Part shown: positions 10,412-17,684 of the stretch, piece by piece | Position numbering within the stretch: position 1 is the stretch's first letter | Layout: every line of letters begins with the position of its first letter | From: Candidatus Doudnabacteria bacterium | GTDB taxonomy: Bacteria; Patescibacteriota; Doudnabacteria; UBA920 | Assembly: GCA_963768175.1 (NCBI GenBank) | Contig: CAVYGQ010000001.1 | Location: 190,305 to 254,304 of the forward strand | Reading direction: 5' to 3' | Length of the DNA stretch: 64,000 nt | Translations under genes and position numbers: made by a program | Notes under the pieces: model-generated | What the model was told of the DNA's origin: nothing | The model's database searches: none | Seen by the model: only the letters and a program-made list of their open reading frames with translations

Positions 10412-11502
10412 AGATTTTATTAACCGGCGGTGGTACCGGAGGTACCGTATCACCCCTGCTGGCCATCGCGCAACATATTTTAAAAACTCATCCAAAGGCG
10501 GAGTTTTTGTTGGTAGGCACGAAAAACGGGCCTGAAAAAATGATGGCCAAAAACGCAGGGATAAATTTTATTGCCATAACTTCAGGCAAATGGCGCCGAT
10601 ATTTTTCCTGGAAGAATTTTGCCGCTCCGTTTCAAACGCTTGCGGGGTTTTCCCAAAGCTTTAAGGTTTTAAGGTCATTTCGGCCCGATTGTGTTTTTGG
10701 TACAGGCAGCTTTATCCAGGTGCCGGTTGTTTGGGCGGCCTGGTTTTTAAAAATTCCCGCGGTTTTACATCAACAGGATCTTGCTCCAAGCCTGGCCAAT
10801 AAGCTCTGCGAACTTTGCGCTTCAAAAATTACCGTAACTTTCCCCGAAAGCGCTAAAAATTTTTCCACTGGTTTAGGCATATTTTATAAAAGGCGCTCGG
10901 GCGATAAAATAACGGTAACCGGTAACCCGTTCCGCGAAGAGTTAAGGGCATACGATAAGGCGGCCGCGCAAAAATTTTTTCATCTTAAGGCGGATTTGCC
11001 GACTTTGCTGGTTTTGGGCGGTGGCACCGGCGCGGAATTCCTAAATAATTTAATTTTAGATAGCTTGCCCAACTTGTCCAAAGTAGTCCAGATTATCCAT
11101 TCTACGGGCAAAGAAAAATTTAAGGCTAAAACCGCAGAAAATTACTGTCCTTATGGGTTCATCCAAAACATGGCCCTAGCTTACGCCGCCGCTGATATTG
11201 TCCTTGCCCGCGCTGGACTGTCCACCCTTACGGAATTGTCAAATTTAAAAAAATTAAGTATAATTGTCCCCATGCCGCAAAGCCACCAAGAACTTAACGG
11301 CCTTTTACTAATGCGCCTAGAAGCCGCCATAGTCGTCAGCCAAAAACGGATGACTCCGGAAGGTTTGGTGGGACTTATTAGGAAACTTTTGTTTGCACAA
11401 GAGGCGCAAGATATTTTAAAGCACAATATAGGCAAAATAATGCCCCACGAAGCTAATGAAAAAATCAGCGAGATAATCCTTAAACTGACGGAGAAACCTT
11501 GA
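10408..11502 (+). CDS. murG: lipid II GlcNAc transferase MurG
   Basis: TGGGTGG, TGNP, LGGGTGA, RAGLSTLTE, HQELN. Confidence 0.9.
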   Translation: MKILLTGGGTGGTVSPLLAIAQHILKTHPKAEFLLVGTKNGPEKMMAKNAGINFIAITSGKWRRYFSWKNFAAPFQTLAGFSQSFKVLRSFRPDCVFGTGSFIQVPVVWAAWFLKIPAVLHQQDLAPSLANKLCELCASKITVTFPESAKNFSTGLGIFYKRRSGDKITVTGNPFREELRAYDKAAAQKFFHLKADLPTLLVLGGGTGAEFLNNLILDSLPNLSKVVQIIHSTGKEKFKAKTAENYCPYGFIQNMALAYAAADIVLARAGLSTLTELSNLKKLSIIVPMPQSHQELNGLLLMRLEAAIVVSQKRMTPEGLVGLIRKLLFAQEAQDILKHNIGKIMPHEANEKISEIILKLTEKP

Positions 11503-12431
11503 TGGAAAAATCAATTAATCCAACTTTAGGTTTGGCATTCAGCGGCAGCGGCAACCGCACTACTTTTTATATCGGATTCTTGGAAGTTTTAAACGAAGCC
11601 GGGATTAAAGTTGATTATATTTCTGCCTGTAGCGGCGGGTCATTGGTTGCCGCCGCTTACGCCTGCGGCGTTTTGCCGGAGATGAAAAAAATGGTTTTGG
11701 AAATGAACTTTAAAGATTTTAAGGCCATAATGACTAAAGATAAGGGCAAGGGTGGGCTGTATAAATTGGATTATTTGGAAGACATCCTAAATGAGAAATT
11801 TACCAAAGGCCGGCGCTTTGATGAAGTTAGGCCGATAATGGTGTTTACGGCGGTGGATATTGAAAACGGGGAGCTGGTGGATTTATGTATGGGTGACATT
11901 GCCCGCGCCGCGAGGATTTCCTGCACCACCCCGGGACTTTTTGAATCTGTAAAATGGGGAAACAGGGTTTTGGTGGACGGCGGAGTTTTATCCGTTGTGC
12001 CGGTACTGAGCTTAAAGAAATTTTCACCTGATATCAGCATAAGCCTGAATTTGGCGCTGACACGAAATATTTTTACTGGCGCGCAAATGAACGCAAAAAA
12101 AATGGTGAATACTTTTAAGAAGTTTCTACTATTTCATGAAATTTCAGAACTGTTAAAAAACTTATGGCCGGAAGGCTACGGGGACAGCTTTGAGCAAAGC
12201 CCAAAGTTATTCAGTGTGCTGGGTAAAAGTTTAGACCTGGCAATTTACGCCAATAAACGTTATCTGGACGATGATGGTTGCGATTTAAAAATAACCCCGG
12301 ATTTTAAAAATTTTAATCGCTTTGATTTAAGCTCAGAAATTATGCAAAAATATTACGAAATCGGCAGGCAGGTCGCGGAAGAAAATTTGCCGAAAATAGA
12401 AGACCTGATAAGAGCGAAATTGTATGCTTAA
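11499..12431 (+). CDS. patatin-like phospholipase/esterase
   Basis: FSGSGNR oxyanion loop, ACSGG nucleophile elbow, LVDGG. Confidence 0.85.
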   Translation: MMEKSINPTLGLAFSGSGNRTTFYIGFLEVLNEAGIKVDYISACSGGSLVAAAYACGVLPEMKKMVLEMNFKDFKAIMTKDKGKGGLYKLDYLEDILNEKFTKGRRFDEVRPIMVFTAVDIENGELVDLCMGDIARAARISCTTPGLFESVKWGNRVLVDGGVLSVVPVLSLKKFSPDISISLNLALTRNIFTGAQMNAKKMVNTFKKFLLFHEISELLKNLWPEGYGDSFEQSPKLFSVLGKSLDLAIYANKRYLDDDGCDLKITPDFKNFNRFDLSSEIMQKYYEIGRQVAEENLPKIEDLIRAKLYA

Positions 12432-13884
12432 CGATTTAAAAAATATCTTAAAACCAAACGCCAGCCTTTATTTTGTCGGCATAGGCGGCATTGCCATGTC
12501 CGCAGTTGCCAGTATTGCCAAAAAATCCGGTTTTGAAGTCACTGGGAGCGACAGCAAGGGAGTTTATTCTCCGGCCAAGGATGTTTTGGACAAATCCAAA
12601 ATAAAATATTTTTTGGGCTACAGCCAAGAGCAGGTAAAAGCATCCTACGCGGATTTATTTATATTGTCCGCCGGAGAAACTTTGGAAAATCCGGAAGTTA
12701 AATATATTTACGATAAAGGTTTACCCCATGTCGGTTTCGCCGAGCTGCTTTACCATCTAGCCAAAGGAAAATTGCGGGTGGTTGTGGCCGGTACACACGG
12801 GAAATCCACCACCGCGGGGCTCTTAGGGCATTTATTTAAGAACCAAGACGATAGTTCCTTTATGGTTGGCGCGGTTTTGCAAAATTACCAAACAAATTTT
12901 TATTTAGGCCACGGGCATTATTTTGTTTTTGAAGGCGATGAATACAAAGAAGAATTCGACGACCCCGCACCCAAGTTCCAGTATTACCACCCCGATATTT
13001 TGGTTTTAACAAATTTGGAATACGACCACCCGGATTTATTTCCGGATTTTGAATCATTGGAACAGGAATTTCGCCTTTTAATAGAAAAAATGCCGGAAGA
13101 CGGACTGATTGTTTATAATGCCGACGACGCCGCGCTAACTCGTCTGGTTCTCAAATCAAATATTAGCTCCGTAGGTTATGGTATGGAGAATGGAGCTGTT
13201 TTTAAAGCAGAGCAAATCCAATACGGCGACTTTACGACAATCGAGGTTTTAAATAAATTTTCCAAAAATATTTCCAGCAGCCCGCTTGGCCGAACCGAGC
13301 AATATAAAATCCAATTGCCAGGGGAAATTAACGTTTATAATGCTCTTGCGGCCATAGCCGCTTTGCGATGTTTAGGCTTCACTCAGGAACAAATCGCGCT
13401 GGATTTATTAACTTATCAAGGCGTAAAACGGCGTTTCGAGCTTGTGGGTATAAAAAAGGGCATTACCATAATTGACGATTACGCCCACCATCCGACCGCT
13501 GTTAGGGAAACCTTAGATGCTGCCCGTTTGCGCTTTCCTAAAGCCAAAATTTGGGCTGTATTTGAGCCACATACCTTTAGCCGTACCCAAGCTACTTTGC
13601 CAGAACTTGCCAAATCTTTTGATGCCGCCGCCGAGGTTTTAATATCTGAGATTTATCCCGCCCGCGAAAGCGCCAAGGAAGCAACAATTAATTCACAGAA
13701 AGTGATTAAGGCAATTAAAAACCATAACTCCAAATTCCAAATTCATAATTCAATAAAATTGGTTCAGAATAAAGAACAGGCCTTAAAAATATTGAAAAAT
13801 AATTTAAAAGCAACAGACGTAGTTATAATAATGGCCGTGGGCAGCTTTAACCGTTTAGCCTATGAATTAAAAGAGTCTCTGTGA
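12424..13884 (+). CDS. murC: UDP-N-acetylmuramate-L-alanine ligase (MurC/Mpl family)
   Basis: GIGGIAMS, AGTHGKSTT, EGDEY, DDYAHHPT, FEPHTFSR. Confidence 0.85.
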   Translation: MLNDLKNILKPNASLYFVGIGGIAMSAVASIAKKSGFEVTGSDSKGVYSPAKDVLDKSKIKYFLGYSQEQVKASYADLFILSAGETLENPEVKYIYDKGLPHVGFAELLYHLAKGKLRVVVAGTHGKSTTAGLLGHLFKNQDDSSFMVGAVLQNYQTNFYLGHGHYFVFEGDEYKEEFDDPAPKFQYYHPDILVLTNLEYDHPDLFPDFESLEQEFRLLIEKMPEDGLIVYNADDAALTRLVLKSNISSVGYGMENGAVFKAEQIQYGDFTTIEVLNKFSKNISSSPLGRTEQYKIQLPGEINVYNALAAIAALRCLGFTQEQIALDLLTYQGVKRRFELVGIKKGITIIDDYAHHPTAVRETLDAARLRFPKAKIWAVFEPHTFSRTQATLPELAKSFDAAAEVLISEIYPARESAKEATINSQKVIKAIKNHNSKFQIHNSIKLVQNKEQALKILKNNLKATDVVIIMAVGSFNRLAYELKESL

Positions 13885-13885
13885 T

Positions 13886-14941
13886 ATGCAAATTAAGGAA
13901 AATGAACTATTAGCCCCATATACCACATTTAAAATTGGCGGGCCGGCCAGGTGGTTTTGTGTTGCAAAAAATCAATCTGACGTTTTGCAAGCTTTTGAAT
14001 TTGCCAAAGAAAAAGGGATTAAGACTTTTGTTTTGGGGGGTGGCAGCAATATTTTGGTTAGTGATGAAGGATTTGACGGGTTGGTAATAAAGATTGTAAA
14101 CAAAGGCATGGAAATTTTATTGCAAGATAGAAACCAAATATTAATTAAAGTCGCTTCCGGCGAAGTTTGGGACGAAGTAGTAAAATTTGTCGTGGAAAAT
14201 AATTGGTGGGGGATAGAGAATTTGTCCCATATTCCCGGCTCAACCGGTGCTATTGCCGTGCAAAACGTGGGCGCTTACGGACAGGAGGCCAGCCGGGTTA
14301 TTGAATCAGTTATGGCTTTTGACAAAGAAACCCAAAACATCGAAAATTTTAAAAATAGCGGTTGCGGCTTTGGTTATCGGCAAAGCATTTTTAATTCCTC
14401 GAGAAAGGAGAAATATATAATTTTTAATATTACTTTTAGATTGTCTAAGACTGGAAATCCAAATTTAGAATACCGCGATCTGAAAGCAAAATTTGACGGC
14501 AAAAACCCGTCGCTTGGTGAAATTAGACGGGCGATAATTGAAATTCGGGATAAAAAGTTTCCTTTTCCTGTTGAGGCAAAAAACGGCAATGCCGGATCAT
14601 TTTTCAAAAATCCGGTTTTAAATCCTGATGGATATCGGCAGCTGCATGCTAAAGTTACTGCCGAGTTTGGCAAGCGGGCGTCAGATGGCTTGGATAAATG
14701 GAAGTTTGACGATAAAAGACAGGTCAAAGTACCAGCCGCCTATTTAATAGAATTATGCGGCTTAAAGGATATGCAAAGCGGGGGTGCGGCAATAAATAAA
14801 AACCAGCCTTTGGTAATAATCAATCAAACCGGAAAGGCCACCGCCCAAGATGTTTTAAATTTAGCCGACCAAGTCAGGCAAACGGTATTAACAAAGACCG
14901 GAATTGAACTTAGGTTTGAGCCTGAATTGGTTGGGTTTTAG
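13886..14941 (+). CDS. murB: UDP-N-acetylenolpyruvoylglucosamine reductase
   Basis: TTFKIGG, LGGGSN, IPGSTG, NAGSFFKNP, LRFEPE. Confidence 0.96.
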   Translation: MQIKENELLAPYTTFKIGGPARWFCVAKNQSDVLQAFEFAKEKGIKTFVLGGGSNILVSDEGFDGLVIKIVNKGMEILLQDRNQILIKVASGEVWDEVVKFVVENNWWGIENLSHIPGSTGAIAVQNVGAYGQEASRVIESVMAFDKETQNIENFKNSGCGFGYRQSIFNSSRKEKYIIFNITFRLSKTGNPNLEYRDLKAKFDGKNPSLGEIRRAIIEIRDKKFPFPVEAKNGNAGSFFKNPVLNPDGYRQLHAKVTAEFGKRASDGLDKWKFDDKRQVKVPAAYLIELCGLKDMQSGGAAINKNQPLVIINQTGKATAQDVLNLADQVRQTVLTKTGIELRFEPELVGF

Positions 14942-15027
14942 AGAGTGGCCTAAAAAATATGATATAATTTAGAAGTAAAAGATCTGCGTTTATCCGCGTA
15001 GCAGATCCGCGAGAATATCCGCGTTTC

Positions 15028-15348
15028 ATGAATATCAATATCAAAGCTACTAACACAACCCTTACGCCTTCAATAAAGAGTTACATTGAAGAAAAATTAG
15101 ATGCGATCGCAAAATTTATCCGGCCGGAAGACAAAATCCGTATAGAGATAGAGGTTGATAAAAAACGCGCCAAGGAGCCGCATTTTAGAGCGGAAATAGA
15201 TATCCAGCCGCGCGGGCATTATGCCCAAGCGCGGGGATTAGATGTTTACGCCGCACTTGACTTGGTAATCCCGAAAATTAAGGAGCAACTAACTCGCCAA
15301 AAAGACAAACAGGTTAGTTTAAGGCGCAGGCGGACCAAGATACATTAA
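15028..15348 (+). CDS. hpf: ribosome hibernation factor (HPF/RaiA, short form)
   Basis: [41 protein letters not shown]. Confidence 0.88.
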   Translation: MNINIKATNTTLTPSIKSYIEEKLDAIAKFIRPEDKIRIEIEVDKKRAKEPHFRAEIDIQPRGHYAQARGLDVYAALDLVIPKIKEQLTRQKDKQVSLRRRRTKIH

Positions 15349-15397
15349 GTTATAATGACCTCCTCCCGGGGCTAAAGCCAGGGGGGTCCTCCTAAAC

Positions 15398-15436
15398 AAA
15401 AAGGGGCATCCTTTTGTAAAAGGATGCCCCTTTTTT
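15398..15436. terminator. bidirectional terminator between hpf and trpR
   Basis: aaaaaggggcatcctttt-gt-aaaaggatgccccttttt. Confidence 0.8.
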
Positions 15437-15449
15437 GCTTTATAATAAC

Positions 15450-15737
15450 CTATTTTGAATAATACTTTTTGAGAACTTTAGCGAATCCGCCGTTTTTATT
15501 CATCATTTCTCTTGAACCCCGCGTTACCGTGGATACGCTGACTTTTAAATTTTTGGCAATATCCCTGTGCGGCACGCCTTTTTGCAGTTGCTTGACTATT
15601 TGCCATCTCACAGCCAGGTCTTTATATTCGGCGGGGGAGAGTAGGTCAAACAACAATTCGTGCATTAAGCCTTTGCTTTTTGCTGATTTTTTAAGCAAAC
15701 CCTCAAGCTCAACGCCGTATTTATGAATATATCGCAT
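15450..15737 (-). CDS. trpR: Trp repressor (TrpR/YerC family)
   Basis: LLSPAEYKDLAVRWQIVKQLQKGVPHRDIAKNLKVSVSTVTRGSR matches the TrpR LLTxxE..R..QR.I..TITRGS signature. Confidence 0.88.
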   Translation of the reverse strand: MRYIHKYGVELEGLLKKSAKSKGLMHELLFDLLSPAEYKDLAVRWQIVKQLQKGVPHRDIAKNLKVSVSTVTRGSREMMNKNGGFAKVLKKYYSK

Positions 15738-15747
15738 AATCGTAGCA

Positions 15748-15767
15748 TTAATGTACTAGTACATTAA
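15748..15767. promoter_or_regulatory. TrpR-type operator (likely autoregulatory)
   Basis: Perfect 20-bp palindrome TTAATGTACTAGTACATTAA 10 bp upstream of the trpR ATG; GTACT/AGTAC half-sites. Confidence 0.8.
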
Positions 15768-15836
15768 CACGTTACAAATTTTGTTTCAAGAGGTTGTGGA
15801 TAACCTAGAATATGATAAAAGTCGCCAAAAAATCAG

Positions 15837-15889
15837 TGTATTAGTGTACTAGTACGCTAGTTGACAAAAGATTGGTTTAGGTGTATCAT
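15837..15889 (+). promoter_or_regulatory. second TrpR-type operator overlapping a sigma70 promoter
   Basis: GTATT-N8-AGTAC and GTACT-N8-AGTTG tandem sites running into TTGACA(15861)-17 bp-TATCAT(15884). Confidence 0.8.
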
Positions 15890-15895
15890 TGGGCT

Positions 15896-15952
15896 ATGAA
15901 AGATATAAAGAATCAATTAGACAATGTTTCCTGGTGGAAGGTATTGCCCTAA
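15896..15952 (+). CDS. trpL: Trp leader peptide MKDIKNQLDNVSWWKVLP
   Basis: Tandem TGG TGG codons; ATG at the predicted transcription start; followed by antiterminator and terminator. Confidence 0.85.
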   Translation: MKDIKNQLDNVSWWKVLP

Positions 15953-15953
15953 A

Positions 15954-16015
15954 GCAAAGCCCTAGTTCAGTGCGCCTATACGCACCTAAGGCTTTGCCGA
16001 AGGTGTTTTTTATTT
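15954..16015 (+). terminator. Trp attenuator (antiterminator/terminator)
   Basis: gcaaagcc..gtgcg pairs with cgcac..ggctttgc, mutually exclusive with the cacct..aggtg hairpin plus TTTTTTATTT. Confidence 0.8.
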
Positions 16016-16118
16016 GCACTGACACCGCTTCCTTTGGGCTTGGGCCGCTTTGCCAGCGCAAATACAAAAGGCGGACGGCAAGAGCGCTTGGGTACTCGTC
16101 CGCGAGAAAGAAGGGAAA

Positions 16119-16457
16119 ATGGTACAAGAAACTTTTTTCAGGCTTTTGCTAGAACTCCTTAGCAAATTTCTGAAACAGATCAGGTATAACCAGGAAAGGT
16201 CCAGGTCTGGATGCACAGGTGAAAATACCGCAACAAACTTCGTCGCGGCTCTGGAAAGGCTTGCGGCCGATCATCAGGTGACAGGGATAACTGTATGTGT
16301 AGCGACTGGAGACGGGCAGATTCAGTTTGCAGTTAATCCATACGCTTTCGACCCATTTTGCATACAGGTAGATGCCTGTGGTCTTGCTTTCGCCCAAATC
16401 TTTGACAAGTGCGATGCCCATGTAAGAATGAGAGAAAACAGATCAAGCCTGTTTTGA
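16119..16457 (+). CDS. hypothetical protein (112 aa) downstream of the Trp attenuator
   Basis: Purine-rich AGAAGGG before the ATG; followed by hairpin tggcggcggaaat..atttccgccgcca; no recognisable family. Confidence 0.5.
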   Translation: MVQETFFRLLLELLSKFLKQIRYNQERSRSGCTGENTATNFVAALERLAADHQVTGITVCVATGDGQIQFAVNPYAFDPFCIQVDACGLAFAQIFDKCDAHVRMRENRSSLF

Positions 16458-16640
16458 AATGGCAAGGTCTTGGCGGCGGAAATATATAAATTTCCGCCGC
16501 CAGAAAATAATTTAATTAGCTTTGTTCTGGTGATTGTTTGTTGATAAAAAATGCGGCCGCATTTTATACTAACAGCCACCAGCACAAATTCCAAGTTGGG
16601 GTACAAGCGGCTGGGCTTGCCCAAACAGACCGGAGGGTCT

Positions 16641-16907
16641 ATGTCAACACAATCGTGGTTTCATGCGACTTTTAGCGTTAGAGAAAAACTCGGCCCCGCC
16701 CCAGAAGGGGCAGATGGCTGGGTCAGCAATATCGTGGACGGGGTTCTGCATCTGGTATTGAGCTACCAAGGTGGAAACGTAGGCACAAGGCACTTTGGCC
16801 GGATCCTAGCGACTCAAGCGGACAAGTTTCTTGATCGTAACGGCCAATCCGACAACGACCCCTTCCTTCCCGCTGGAGGCGGTTTTCAGCCTCAGGGGGG
16901 ATTCTGA
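16641..16907 (+). CDS. hypothetical protein (88 aa)
   Basis: GGAGG at 16632 before the ATG; candidate promoter TTGATA-18-TATACT at 16541-16570. Confidence 0.5.
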   Translation: MSTQSWFHATFSVREKLGPAPEGADGWVSNIVDGVLHLVLSYQGGNVGTRHFGRILATQADKFLDRNGQSDNDPFLPAGGGFQPQGGF

Positions 16908-17024
16908 AACACCGTTGGCCGGCTGTCGCAAAACCATGGCAGTGGCTTTTCCGCCCACAACGGGCAGCGTTGCCACCTGCCACAACCCGGGAGGCGAAAT
17001 ACATTTTCGCCTCCTCCCACCTAC

Positions 17025-17052
17025 TTGACAATCTTTATCAATTTGCTAAAAT
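17025..17052 (+). promoter_or_regulatory. sigma70 promoter of the aromatic leader
   Basis: TTGACA-16 bp-TAAAAT with extended -10 TG. Confidence 0.7.
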
Positions 17053-17059
17053 AATATAA

Positions 17060-17152
17060 ATGATTAAATTAACACAAAATTTCTGGTTTTATTTTACGCC
17101 GGGCGTTGAGCTTGGAAATTTTGAGTTGATTAACGATGATTTAAAACCTTAA
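17060..17152 (+). CDS. aromatic-amino-acid leader peptide MIKLTQNFWFYFTPGVELGNFELINDDLKP
   Basis: Five consecutive aromatic codons (FWFYF); ATG at the predicted transcription start; terminator follows. Confidence 0.78.
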   Translation: MIKLTQNFWFYFTPGVELGNFELINDDLKP

Positions 17153-17180
17153 AGTACTTGGATACATATCAACTTAAGAC

Positions 17181-17214
17181 TCCCGATCTCGACGCGAGAC
17201 GGGATTTTTTGTTT
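17181..17214 (+). terminator. attenuator terminator after the FWFYF leader
   Basis: tcccg-a-tctcg-acg-cgaga-cggga plus TTTTTTGTTT; antiterminator 17114-17130 can pair with 17168-17184. Confidence 0.75.
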
Positions 17215-17272
17215 GTCCACGCGAGTGTTTGCGGACAAACCGGCATCAATATCTGATAGGGGGATATCATAA

Positions 17273-17467
17273 ATGGCAAACTGCAAATGCGGAGCCGAAC
17301 GTGAACCAAGTGGGGTCTGCTCAGACCCCAAATGTTATCTGGATTGCCCACCTTTCCCTCTGGCTGAAACTTTGAGGCCGAAGGAGGCGGGGTTCAGAGT
17401 CACAGACGAAACCATGCTTGCTGCTTGGCTTGCCGCAACAAAAGAGAATCAAGTCTGGCCAAAATAG
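17273..17467 (+). CDS. small Cys-rich hypothetical protein (64 aa)
   Basis: AGGGGG before the ATG; CxC..C..C..C pattern; first ORF after the attenuator. Confidence 0.5.
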   Translation: MANCKCGAEREPSGVCSDPKCYLDCPPFPLAETLRPKEAGFRVTDETMLAAWLAATKENQVWPK

Positions 17468-17684
17468 AGCATCGGCGGGGAGAAAGGTACGAAAGACATC
17501 AACCCTCATACCACTCCCCGCAACAACCCTATTTTTCGTCCAAAAAGGGCTTTTTTATTTTGCCTAACTCTGTTATAATAAATACTAATGACAAAAATTT
17601 AAAAAATAATAAAAATGACAAAAATATTGAATCCGCCATTTTTGTTCAATTTTGTCATTCATGTCATTTTTGCTCATTAACCTT

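Noticed and set aside
15357-15392. IS200/IS605-like end hairpin (cccggggctaaagccagggggg)
   Set aside because: Short and degenerate, with no tnpA/tnpB or second end.
15889-16152. ORF-track 87-aa ORF and its antisense partners
   Set aside because: They cross the attenuator; the short WW leader in another frame explains the region better.
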